DNA from: Candidatus Latescibacterota bacterium
GTDB lineage: Bacteria > Latescibacterota > UBA2968 > UBA8231
Length of the DNA: 64,000 nt
Direction: 5' to 3'
Assembly: GCA_965203175.1 (NCBI GenBank)
Contig: OZ241867.1
Coordinates: forward strand, 512,001 to 576,000
In this document: piece by piece, positions 19,048 through 28,215 of the stretch
Layout: each line of letters opens with the position of its first letter
Position numbering within the stretch: the first letter of the stretch is position 1
Made by a program: the position numbers and the translations under genes
The notes under the pieces: model-generated
What the model saw: the letters and a program-made list of their open reading frames with translations, nothing else
Database searches by the model: none
Told to the model about the DNA's origin: nothing

Positions 19048-21348
19048 ATTGCTATCTCAGAAAGTCGAAGAAGCGGCGAGACGGTTTAATCGACCGGTCG
19101 AGGAATTTTTCAAGCTCGTCGCGTTTCATGGCGACCTGGTCGTTCACGCTCGCAGTGTCGTCCAGTATCCAGTCGGGTATGTCATTTTTGACCTGACTCG
19201 ACGCCATGGGTTGCACTCCAACAATTACCAAATCTCCCGAGATAGTCCAGCTTCCTGTGGGCGGTCGGCGGTCCTTGGTGTATTTGTCGCGATGAAGGAG
19301 GTTTTTCAATACCAAACGGGGTCGTTCAAATGCGCGACTCTGGTATTCGTCCAGAGTCATAATTTTACACCAGTTGGGCAGTTTTGAACCCGGCGGCAAA
19401 TTTTCCTCAAAGAGGTGGCACAACACCGATGAGGAAAGCCTGAGAATGTCCATATCTTGGTATTCTGCATCGGCGGTGGAGTTCATCTCGTGCAAAACCT
19501 GGTTCAGATATTCCCGGTAGAGAGCCGTAGTCAACTTTTCACTGATACCCGAAACCGATCTTTGAAGATTGCGGCGAGTTGGAGTGTCGTCGCCGGGCAG
19601 CGATGTTCGGGTGTAAATCATCAGACATCGCTTTATAATCTCAGGCGGGAAGTTGCGGGCCTCTGCATTCATAGACAGCGCGAAGCATGGATACTCAGGA
19701 TACTGTATCGTTTCGTCCTTGATGATTTCCGGTGCATGACGGCTGAAGCGATCTCGGGTCACGTCGTCGAACACAACGGGGAACCGCTTGTATGATTCCT
19801 GCAAACCGCGCAGATTGCTGCGCGTGAAGTACCGCGTCTCGACTATCCGGGGATAGGAGAACATGGACCTCATCAGCGTTTCGATCAGGATGCTCTTGCC
19901 GCAGTTGCTCTGACCGTATAGCACAGCGAACATGGGCTGGTCGAAGCTAAAGTTTCCCTTTCGGAGAGCGTTATTCCTTAGATCGCACATTAGCGGCGAA
20001 AAGTAAAACCAGCACATGAACGTGTAGTAATCCCGCTGCAACCTAGGAACGTCTCCTGCAAATCCGTTTTCGTAGTTTCCAAAGAACTCCAGCCATGCCG
20101 TTACATCACTTCGCACCTCGGCAGGGTCAGCCTCTAGGCTCAGTTCGTTACCCGAAAGGATGAACCTTTTTCCATCGTAAGACAGAAACGTCCTAGGGCC
20201 ATCATCTTCCTGCCTCGATGTCACTATTCGGGTCATCTGCTTGACGATTCTCGAATCGAATCGGATGTGACCTTTGCCGTTGGGACGAATATCCGCTAGG
20301 GCCTGTCGGCGGATCGGTGTAATGCGTTCTACCTGCGACAGAACCTTCGAAATGCTGTACTCGGCTTCGGCCTCCTGTTCAGGTGGAACGTATATCGTCA
20401 TTCCGCTTGGGCTAGAATCGGCTTCTTTCAGTACCGGAGTCTCTTGGATCGGCATTAGCTCTGCCGAGACGGGGTTCTCTCTGAGGGGCACTCGGTTAGC
20501 GGCAATGGCACGTACAGCTTCGTATTGGTTGGAATAGTGCGTCCAAGCCACATCGTCGTTGTCGAAGGCGATCAGGGTCTCGGCTTGTCTGCCAGAAAAC
20601 GCGGTCTCGGACAGATTAGCCGATCCGACGATGACACGCCTGAATCCCTCTCTTTCTAGCAGATAGATTTTAGCGTGGGCGATGGCGTCCTTCACTACGA
20701 AGAAACGCGCTGTTCCTTTGGCGGCACGATCGTAGATGATTCTCCGGCGCTCGTCAGATAACTCTGCGATCCCAACAAAACCTTTGTTCAGCTTTTCGTT
20801 CACGACGGTCTGGAACGCCAAGAGATTCGCGGCGTCCCGTGTCAATATCCCATTGTGTCCAAAGACGCACTCGAAATCATCGTAATCGAAGTCCCTTAGT
20901 AGCCCTAAGATCATCGGAATGCTTGGGGTGTACGTGAGTGTACGCATGGACGAAAAGCCGCCGAAGAGGTCCATATCAAAACGCTCGACTCTTTCGGCAC
21001 GTGCATAAACGACTTCCAGCCCATTGCTTTGCGTACGAGAGTCAGGATCATCAAAGGCAAAATTAGGTTGTAGCGTCATCAGCAATGTTCCTCGCGATTA
21101 AATTTTTACGCAGATTGAGAAGCTGAATCCCTTGGCATTGGATCCGGCGTTATTCGGAAAATCCGCTGGCGTTATACTTACCTTAATAACATAACTCTTA
21201 AGAATGCCAAAAGTGGCACCGCCATATTCACCGTCACGCCGAAAGGACCGTCACTCCATGATCTGGCCACTTAGGTCGTCCATTCAGCCATCGGTTGTGA
21301 CTTATAACACCTGAACGCGGCAATGGTGTCACCGCTATTGCTATCTCA
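19048..21348. repeat. 12-bp direct repeat ATTGCTATCTCA (19048-19059 and 21337-21348) bracketing the PLD-ATPase gene
   Basis: Exact match read from the sequence. Its significance is uncertain. Confidence 0.6.
19052..21085 (-). CDS. PLD-like (HKD, NgoFVII/BfiI-type) nuclease fused to a P-loop AAA+/SF3-like ATPase
   Basis: AHAKIYLL...VIVGSANLS...QAE, Walker A GQSNCGKS, Walker B VVFDD, sensor-like LSMN, IIKRC. Lower GC than the flanks. Confidence 0.75.
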   Translation of the reverse strand: MLMTLQPNFAFDDPDSRTQSNGLEVVYARAERVERFDMDLFGGFSSMRTLTYTPSIPMILGLLRDFDYDDFECVFGHNGILTRDAANLLAFQTVVNEKLNKGFVGIAELSDERRRIIYDRAAKGTARFFVVKDAIAHAKIYLLEREGFRRVIVGSANLSETAFSGRQAETLIAFDNDDVAWTHYSNQYEAVRAIAANRVPLRENPVSAELMPIQETPVLKEADSSPSGMTIYVPPEQEAEAEYSISKVLSQVERITPIRRQALADIRPNGKGHIRFDSRIVKQMTRIVTSRQEDDGPRTFLSYDGKRFILSGNELSLEADPAEVRSDVTAWLEFFGNYENGFAGDVPRLQRDYYTFMCWFYFSPLMCDLRNNALRKGNFSFDQPMFAVLYGQSNCGKSILIETLMRSMFSYPRIVETRYFTRSNLRGLQESYKRFPVVFDDVTRDRFSRHAPEIIKDETIQYPEYPCFALSMNAEARNFPPEIIKRCLMIYTRTSLPGDDTPTRRNLQRSVSGISEKLTTALYREYLNQVLHEMNSTADAEYQDMDILRLSSSVLCHLFEENLPPGSKLPNWCKIMTLDEYQSRAFERPRLVLKNLLHRDKYTKDRRPPTGSWTISGDLVIVGVQPMASSQVKNDIPDWILDDTASVNDQVAMKRDELEKFLDRSIKPSRRFFDFLR

Positions 21349-21619
21349 ATCAACTCTACGAACTCGATCTATTGCGGTATCACTATCGGCGGGCTCACTA
21401 TGAGCCGTCCCACTCCTTGCCCTAGGACCGGGAGCAGCCTACTTTCCTTGGGTATCCGGCCAGACTCCTCCGCTGCGAAGCCGAGCGGGAATTGAACTTT
21501 TTGACGTGGTCGGTCCAATATTTCTCTGTTGGGACCGACCCCGTTCCACTGCAAATCCGTCAAATCTTCCCATGCAGGGTGCGTGGCCGCAACGCCCATC
21601 TTTCACGCGGAGAAATCTC

Positions 21620-22315
21620 ATGAAGATAGCACGTCTGCTAGGGGTAGGTTGTACCTCGCTCGTCCTGCTCGCCTGCAACGGCCAAGAAGTCAAGACCGAC
21701 ACCCCAGCCAAAGTGGAGACCGAAGAAGAAAAGGTCCTCTACGCCTTGGGCCTAGTCATAGCACAAAACACCATGGAACCGTTCAAGGGGCAATTCAGCG
21801 ACGCGGAAATAGCGGTGGTCCTTAAGGGTTTTGCCGATGCCCTCAAAGGTGGCGAGCCCATCGTCCCCCTAGAGGAATTCGGCCCCAAGATCAACCCCAT
21901 GTTGCAGGAGCGCTTGCAAAGAGTTCAGGCCCAAGCCGAGGCAGAGGGCAAGGCCTTCATGGAAAAGGCCGCCCAAGAAGAAGGCGCCGTGCAGACAGCT
22001 TCCGGCCTCATCTTCAAAGAGTTGAGGGCCGGCACCGGGGTCTCGCCCAAAGCCACTGACCGGGTCAAAGTGCACTACCACGGCTCGCTGATTGACGGCA
22101 CTGTCTTCGACAGTTCGGTGGAGCGCGGCGAGCCTGTCACCTTCGCCCTCGATCAGGTAGTCAAAGGCTGGACTGAGGGACTGCAAATGATGAAAGTGGG
22201 CGGCAAGGCCAAGCTGACCATCTCGCCCGAATTGGCCTACGGCCCGGGGGGCCGCGCAGGGATTCCGCCCAACGCCACCCTGATTTTTGAAGTCGAACTA
22301 CTAGGCATTGAGTGA
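21620..22315 (+). CDS. FKBP-type peptidyl-prolyl isomerase (FkpA/Mip-like lipoprotein)
   Basis: Lipobox LLAC, YALG N-domain, VKVHYHGSLIDGTVFDSS, GWTEGLQMM, IPPNATLIFEVELL. Confidence 0.93.
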   Translation: MKIARLLGVGCTSLVLLACNGQEVKTDTPAKVETEEEKVLYALGLVIAQNTMEPFKGQFSDAEIAVVLKGFADALKGGEPIVPLEEFGPKINPMLQERLQRVQAQAEAEGKAFMEKAAQEEGAVQTASGLIFKELRAGTGVSPKATDRVKVHYHGSLIDGTVFDSSVERGEPVTFALDQVVKGWTEGLQMMKVGGKAKLTISPELAYGPGGRAGIPPNATLIFEVELLGIE

Positions 22316-22318
22316 GGT

Positions 22319-23335
22319 TCACGTCTCCCACTCCGCGTAAATATCCGCGATCACTTCGTCGATCGGCGCCCGATGCGTCTCCGCGTCGAGCACCGACGCC
22401 TGAGCCGAGGCCTCGGCGAGCAGGGCCGGCAATTTAACTTGTTCCGCGTCAAAGACGTACTCGTGCCAGCCGGCCTCCGTTGTCAGGAGTTCGGCGCGGC
22501 TCAAGTCAGGTGCCTCCTCCCCGCTCGTCTGCAAGCGCAACCGCCGTCTGTCCCCAAAGTGATTGCGCAGCTCGTCAAAGGGGCCGTCAAAGGCGATTCG
22601 CCCCCGATCTATCATCACGATTCGACCGGCCAACTGTTCCAACTCGTCCATGTCGTGGCTGGTGATCATCACCGTTACGCCTTTCTCTCGGTTCAGATCC
22701 TTGATAAAGTCGAGGATATGGCGCCTAGCCAGCACATCGACACCGATCGTCGGCTCGTCCAAAAAAAGGATCTCCGGCTCGTGCATGAGCATCAGCCCGA
22801 GGTCTGCTCGCATCTTCTGCCCTAGGCTCAACTGCCGCGCCAGACTGTCCATGAACTCGCCGAGACCCAGCAACTCGCGCACAAAGCCAAGCATCCGCTC
22901 GTAGCGCTCCTGCGGAATATCCCACACGACCCGCTTCCATTCGAAACTCGCCGACACGGGCTGGTCCCACCACAGTTCGGTGCGCTGGCCAAAGACCACG
23001 CCAATGCGGCTGACATAGGCTACCCTATCCCGCATCGGGTCCATTCCCAAGGCCCGCACGCTCCCCGACGTCGGTGCCAGCACGCTCGACAGCAGCTTGA
23101 CCGTCGTCGATTTGCCCGCGCCATTGGGGCCAGCGTAGGCGACGATCTCGCCCCGGCGCACCACAAGGTCCACATCCTGCAGGGCGCGAATCTCGCGCAC
23201 CCGGGGCCGAAAGAGATTCTTGAACACATCGCGCACATGGGCCGAGCGCTGGCGTTGGTAGAAGGTCTTGTTGACCCCCTGCAACTCAACTGCGATGTCC
23301 CCAGCGCAAATAGCGCTGCGATCCAGTGTGTCCAT
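22319..23335 (-). CDS. ABC transporter ATP-binding subunit (ABC-2 exporter)
   Basis: GPNGAGKS, LSLGQ, LFLDEPTIG, TSH. Confidence 0.93.
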   Translation of the reverse strand: MDTLDRSAICAGDIAVELQGVNKTFYQRQRSAHVRDVFKNLFRPRVREIRALQDVDLVVRRGEIVAYAGPNGAGKSTTVKLLSSVLAPTSGSVRALGMDPMRDRVAYVSRIGVVFGQRTELWWDQPVSASFEWKRVVWDIPQERYERMLGFVRELLGLGEFMDSLARQLSLGQKMRADLGLMLMHEPEILFLDEPTIGVDVLARRHILDFIKDLNREKGVTVMITSHDMDELEQLAGRIVMIDRGRIAFDGPFDELRNHFGDRRRLRLQTSGEEAPDLSRAELLTTEAGWHEYVFDAEQVKLPALLAEASAQASVLDAETHRAPIDEVIADIYAEWET

Positions 23336-24137
23336 AGTGATTCATTCCTTTCTTGATAGCTATCAGCGCCACAAAGCTCAGGGCGCAGGCGAATATCGGC
23401 GTAGTCCACAGCGATCCAGCACCTTGGTCGATCTCAAGCAGGATCCGACAGGGATACCAAGCGACAAAACCCACCGGCAGCACGCTCAACAGGCCGTGGA
23501 CCAAGAGCGGATGCAGCCCATCGAGGGGGAACGACTTCAACTGCCAGGCGAAACCAATCGCGCGGGAGCTGATCTCCTCGGCCCCCACCGGCGACCAAAA
23601 CGCCAGCGCGCTCCACAAATAGCAAAAGGCCAAAACCACCACGCATGAAGACAGTAGGTGGACTCCATAGCACAGCCACCAGCCGGGTTCCAAGGCCATA
23701 TCCAGCCGCCCCAAAGACCAAGCGCTGATCCCCAATCCGACGATGGCTCCCCAGCAGCCGGAGAAGGGCATAAAGCCTTCCGTGAGCAGGGCCATCCACA
23801 AAGGCTGCGGCTGCACCAGCGTGTGGTCGAGCTGGCCGCGGCCAATGCGGCGGCTGATGGCCAGCACGTTGTAGCCGAAGAACATTTCGAGTAGTCCCTG
23901 TACTAGGGCGGCGTAGCCGAGCATGAAGAGAATCTGGTCTTGGCTCCACGCCCCGATCCCAGCAAAGCGCTCGGCTAGGAGGAATACCGCCACCACCCCC
24001 GAGAGGCTGAGGATGAAGTCGGAGACGACGTTGATGAGAAAAAACTTGAAGTCCCGGGTCATCCACATGAAGTCGAGATAGGCCTGCACCCGCCAGCGCC
24101 TGATAACCTGGACTACGGGGTTACGGTTAGCCGCCAT
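23286..24137 (-). CDS. ABC-2 family transporter permease
   Basis: Hydrophobic; GQLDHTLVQP, FPLD, LPVGFVAWYP. Confidence 0.85.
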   Translation of the reverse strand: MAANRNPVVQVIRRWRVQAYLDFMWMTRDFKFFLINVVSDFILSLSGVVAVFLLAERFAGIGAWSQDQILFMLGYAALVQGLLEMFFGYNVLAISRRIGRGQLDHTLVQPQPLWMALLTEGFMPFSGCWGAIVGLGISAWSLGRLDMALEPGWWLCYGVHLLSSCVVVLAFCYLWSALAFWSPVGAEEISSRAIGFAWQLKSFPLDGLHPLLVHGLLSVLPVGFVAWYPCRILLEIDQGAGSLWTTPIFACALSFVALIAIKKGMNHYGHTGSQRYLRWGHRS

Positions 24138-24921
24138 GGGACACCAGCCTTTCGCGATTGTGGCACCAGAGTGCGTGCGCGCTAACCCACAGCACTACAG
24201 CCCAAGTTATCTGCAACGGGATGAGGTCGTGTGGATCGCCCGTGCCGGTGTACAGGCGCAGTGGTGCCGACGCCAGCGAGGCAAAGGGCAGCCATTCGAG
24301 ATAGTCCCCGAGGCCCCACGGCAACAGCGCCAGCGGCACCAGCCGGCCCGACAACAGCACCGTCAATGTGGTGCGGATCCGTTGCAGCGCGTACACGCTG
24401 TGCTCTAAGAATACCATGCACGCGGCAAAGAACAGATCCAACGCCGTGCCCACTGCCACGCCCAGCGCCAAACTGAGCAGGAACCACAGCCCGGCCGTCC
24501 ACGTCGCCGGCAAGGGGTCAACTCCCAGCAGCGGCGCGACGAGCAACAGCGGTAGCGCAAAGAACAGCAGGCCGGGGATCCAGCCGCCGACCATCTCGGC
24601 CAGCATCTGCCCGTAGATCCCCATCGGCCGCAAAAAGCGGTTGGCTATATTGCCGCTCCACAGATCGTCGTCGATCTGGGTGCGGCCCGATAGCTGGTCC
24701 GCAAAAATTGCCGCGACCATGGTATAGGTCAGCACCGCCTCCAAGCTCATCCCCGCAACCACGCCTTGGCCCGCCATCACCGTGCGCCACAGCGAGAGCA
24801 AAATCGCCACGTGGAATAGCCGTAGCGCGAAATCGCCAATCAGGCCCCAAAGCGCGTCGTTGAGCGACTGTGTCGCGACGATGGCGATGGTTTTCCCGTA
24901 TTTGTGCAGTAGTGTTATCAT
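24127..24921 (-). CDS. ABC-2 family transporter permease
   Basis: Hydrophobic; GNIANRFLRP, LSGRLVPL, WLPFASL. Confidence 0.85.
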   Translation of the reverse strand: MITLLHKYGKTIAIVATQSLNDALWGLIGDFALRLFHVAILLSLWRTVMAGQGVVAGMSLEAVLTYTMVAAIFADQLSGRTQIDDDLWSGNIANRFLRPMGIYGQMLAEMVGGWIPGLLFFALPLLLVAPLLGVDPLPATWTAGLWFLLSLALGVAVGTALDLFFAACMVFLEHSVYALQRIRTTLTVLLSGRLVPLALLPWGLGDYLEWLPFASLASAPLRLYTGTGDPHDLIPLQITWAVVLWVSAHALWCHNRERLVSHGG

Positions 24922-24932
24922 CGGTTATCTCC

Positions 24933-24966
24933 AAAAAAAAGACCGCAGACAATAAGCCCGCGGTCT
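24933..24966 (-). terminator. Intrinsic terminator directly upstream of the ABC operon (attenuator candidate)
   Basis: Minus-strand RNA AGACCGCGGGC-UUAUU-GUCUGCGGUCU (11 bp, two G:U) followed by a U-tract. It ends 12 nt before the ATG. Confidence 0.8.
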
Positions 24967-24978
24967 CTGATAATCATG

Positions 24979-25006
24979 AAAAAAGCCGGAAGCGAGGCTT
25001 CCGGCT
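24979..25006 (-). terminator. Second intrinsic terminator in the ABC leader
   Basis: Perfect 10-bp stem AGCCGGAAGC/GCTTCCGGCT, 3-nt loop, U-tract on the minus strand. Confidence 0.8.
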
Positions 25007-25240
25007 AAATTATATAACTCATTGTTTATAAATATCTTAGCTTGGCCTCTTCAGAGCGGCGTGGGCATACCTATCCTGTGCGAGGCCCCAGTGGAACCTC
25101 TCATGCGGCTCAATTCGATGCCCACGCGCAGGGCAATGGAAAAAAGATGGCAGTTGTTCGCTTGCATGGCAGGCCAATTATATGGAGGAGAGATTCATCA
25201 TGTCAAGGCATGCAATACGGCCAAAGGGCGCGTCGGTGCA

Positions 25241-26215
25241 TCATGTCCCCGAGATGGCGTCGATCATCTCCATCGTCTTCACCGCGTCGTCCAGACTACA
25301 GGCCGGGAACGGAAGTGCGCCTCCATCCAGGACCCATCTCAAGAACGTGCGATCCTGCTGATAAAATCCCGGTTTGTAGCGGCGATCGATGTCATCCCCT
25401 TCGACGTTTTCCGGCTGTCCGCCCCTGCGTCTCAAGGTTGCGGCTGTCCCAAGAGCGGACGTGAAGGTAACCCCATTGCCGCGCACTTCCACGCGGTGCC
25501 CTCCCGGAGCGAACCAGTCCATAGAGGCACGCCCGACAGCCCCGCCTGCGAAGGTCAACAGCGCCGAACAGCAGTCCGGCATGGGACCTTCCACAGTATG
25601 GTGCATCGGCTGGACGCTCTCCACGTCACCGCCGAAGAATCGCAGCAGGTCCAAGGCGTGGATGCCGTTTGCCACGCTCCAGCGTTTCAGGACCTCTTGC
25701 GGAAATTTCGGGTTTTCCCGGACCCGCTGGATATCTTCGTGGGCGTCCACGGTGACACTTTGTACCGGCCCGGATTCGAGGATCAACTCCCTGCCCTTGA
25801 GAAGCGTCGAATAGAACCGCCGATTCACGCCCACCATCGCCGGCGTACCCACCGCTTGCGCCAGATCGGCCAACGCCCGGGTCTGGGACGTATAAAGGCC
25901 AGGAGGCTTTTCCAGAAAGGTCGGGATACCGGACCGAATGAAGTCTGCGGCGACTGCGGCGACCTGGAGGACACTCACGAGAACGAAAACGGCGTCGGGC
26001 CGATTTCCTTCCAGCAGGCTCTCGTGTGAGTTCAGGCGATTCGACACGCCGAACCGCGCTCCTGTCTCTTCCAGAACGCGAGGATTGCTGTCCACAAGCG
26101 TCGTCACACACCCCTCGCGAAGGTCGGTGAGCACTTTCAGGTGCCTCTGGGCTATATTTCCGGCTCCAACTACCGCAATGTTCAGCATTTCGTCCTGTTC
26201 CATGTAGTATTGCAT
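25241..26215 (-). CDS. Gfo/Idh/MocA oxidoreductase
   Basis: VVGAGNIA, LEKPPG, VGVNRRF, NGIHALD. True start may be 26203 or 26188. Confidence 0.88.
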   Translation of the reverse strand: MQYYMEQDEMLNIAVVGAGNIAQRHLKVLTDLREGCVTTLVDSNPRVLEETGARFGVSNRLNSHESLLEGNRPDAVFVLVSVLQVAAVAADFIRSGIPTFLEKPPGLYTSQTRALADLAQAVGTPAMVGVNRRFYSTLLKGRELILESGPVQSVTVDAHEDIQRVRENPKFPQEVLKRWSVANGIHALDLLRFFGGDVESVQPMHHTVEGPMPDCCSALLTFAGGAVGRASMDWFAPGGHRVEVRGNGVTFTSALGTAATLRRRGGQPENVEGDDIDRRYKPGFYQQDRTFLRWVLDGGALPFPACSLDDAVKTMEMIDAISGT

Positions 26216-26255
26216 GTCTTGGCGCTGGGGAGAAGGACGCGGGTCGGCGGCGTCA

Positions 26256-27689
26256 CTAACAGCCCGTCGGCAAGGGGTGGTACTTCACCTCGACTTCCAC
26301 GTCTGTGACTCTCAGCGGACTCACCAAATCGTCCGGCCGCCCCACCAGCGCAATCTCCAAGCGGTTCGCCCCCTGCTGTGGCCGCACCTCCTGCAAGTCA
26401 AAAATCAGCCACATGCCCTGATAGGGGACGACCTTATAGCCGAACTCGCGGCGGCAGATCTCCCCTTGCAGCGACTGGCCGTTGAGCGCGACCTCCAAGC
26501 GGTCGTCCGAGACCAGATCGACGATCCTGATCCGCAAGAGCACCTGACTGACGCGGCCTTCTCGCGCGTCGTCCGCTAAGTAAAAGGGAATGGTATGCTG
26601 CGCCCGGTCGTCGGCTGCAATCTCCACTGGCAGCGCCACGGGGTACTGGTTTTCCTCATCCGCTGCCCGCCGCGCCAGCACGTAGTGCTTGTCCTTCTCC
26701 TGCATCAGATCCCGACTGCCCAGTTCGCTCAGCGCGCTGCGCTCTTGGTCTCCTAAGGGCCAGGGCATAAACCACGAGTACAGCCCGTCACAGCCCCGAT
26801 CTAACAGATTCATCGCCGCCGCCCGCAGCTGGGCAGGAGAAGGACAAACCCGCTCGGCCCCAACCGACTCATCAGATACGTAGGGCTGCAGGGTGCCATA
26901 GACCGCCGCGTCGGCTGCGTGCGCCGCCTTGACCAGCCAATCTATCGGCATATCCCCGTCGAGAATCATATAGCCGTAGCGGATCGGCACCAAGAAATCC
27001 ACCAACCCGCGCTCTAGCCAAGTCCGCACGTCCAACCCCTGCGCTAGGTTCATCTCCTCAGTGGGCAACACCCGCGCTCCGACCACCCCTGACCGCTGCC
27101 CACGCACCCGCTCGGCGAGCTGCTCTACGTAGTCGGTCAAAATGGGCGTCGTCTCCTCCACATCCTCCTCCCGCAAAATGCGTGGTGCCCCGCCCGGCAG
27201 GGCAAAGTCCAACTCGACGCCATCGGTTTCGTACTCGGTCGCCAACTCCTCAACCACTTGCAATATGTGCGCCCGCACCTCCGCGTGCGCCAACCCGCCA
27301 CCGCCGTCGGCCAGCCTGTGGGCCGGATCCATATTCCCGTAGGCGGCCATCCGCAAGCTAGCCCAAAAGTCCATGCTGTGGTCGTGGGCCCGGTCAATGA
27401 GCACCGTCAGCGGGTCGAAGCCGCGCTCGATCAGGCTCTGCATATTGTGCCACGTGCGCCAATAGGCGGCCTGATCAAAGGGCTGAATATCCGCTCCGAA
27501 CATCATCCCCACCCGCGATGGATAAAAAAGCCCGTCTCCGCGCTCGACCCCGTAGGCAAAAGTATCCACCCCCGTACCTGCAACCTCGTCTACTGGCACC
27601 CAAGCGTCTTCGAGTACCATCGGCGGCTCAAAGGCAAAAAGGTAGTAGTGCCGAGCATCGTTAAAGTAGATAGTGCGCTGCTGTCGCAT
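26256..27689 (-). CDS. Putative glycoside hydrolase (GHL10/DUF187-like TIM barrel)
   Basis: YFNDARH, DPLTVLIDRAH...WASLRM, EELATEYETDGVELDF, GLDVRTW. GGAGG RBS. Confidence 0.6.
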   Translation of the reverse strand: MRQQRTIYFNDARHYYLFAFEPPMVLEDAWVPVDEVAGTGVDTFAYGVERGDGLFYPSRVGMMFGADIQPFDQAAYWRTWHNMQSLIERGFDPLTVLIDRAHDHSMDFWASLRMAAYGNMDPAHRLADGGGGLAHAEVRAHILQVVEELATEYETDGVELDFALPGGAPRILREEDVEETTPILTDYVEQLAERVRGQRSGVVGARVLPTEEMNLAQGLDVRTWLERGLVDFLVPIRYGYMILDGDMPIDWLVKAAHAADAAVYGTLQPYVSDESVGAERVCPSPAQLRAAAMNLLDRGCDGLYSWFMPWPLGDQERSALSELGSRDLMQEKDKHYVLARRAADEENQYPVALPVEIAADDRAQHTIPFYLADDAREGRVSQVLLRIRIVDLVSDDRLEVALNGQSLQGEICRREFGYKVVPYQGMWLIFDLQEVRPQQGANRLEIALVGRPDDLVSPLRVTDVEVEVKYHPLPTGC

Positions 27690-27928
27690 GGCGTATCCTC
27701 CTTGTTTTAAAGGGAGTTATATACCCAAGTGCCAAAAATCATGTTCGCGGCTAATAAGCATTAATTATCAACTGCTGACAATTAAAAAAAGAGCTTGACG
27801 ATGTGAAAGGGTTGTCCGTTAGTGAGAGCACCCCTTGCACTTCCCCAGCGGAGGCGGATCGCCTCTGCGGTCCAACGCGACCAAGAGTAAGTGTCCGTCG
27901 GAGAACATACCAGGGTCGGATTGATCGC

Positions 27929-28215
27929 ATGAAGATCGCTGCCTATCAGGCACCACTGCTTGAAAACGGCTCAATGGAAGCATTGAGCTATTTACGGACA
28001 CAAATAGATGTATGTGAAGACAAAGGCGTCGAAATACTGTGCTGTCCAGAGGCGGTCCTTGGCGGCCTAGCAGATTACTCCGACAGGCCGGCCGAACTCG
28101 CATTCAATATCGAAAATGGTCAATTAGAAGAGTTTCTTTCGCCTCTCACCAGCGAAACAGTGAGTACGATTATTGGCTTTACCGAGTCGGCAAACACAGG
28201 ACTATACAATACAGC
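27929..28215 (+). pseudogene. Carbon-nitrogen hydrolase (nitrilase superfamily), 5' fragment truncated by IS
   Basis: MKIAAYQ, CCPEAVLGG, LYNTA, then the IS end. The catalytic Lys/Cys region is absent. Confidence 0.8.

Noticed and set aside
18945-19051. Integron attC site after the PLD-ATPase gene
   Set aside because: No RYYYAAC...GTTRRRY bounded palindrome was found, and no integrase is present.
25022-26029. 335-aa + strand ORF
   Set aside because: Antisense to a clear Gfo/Idh/MocA gene.
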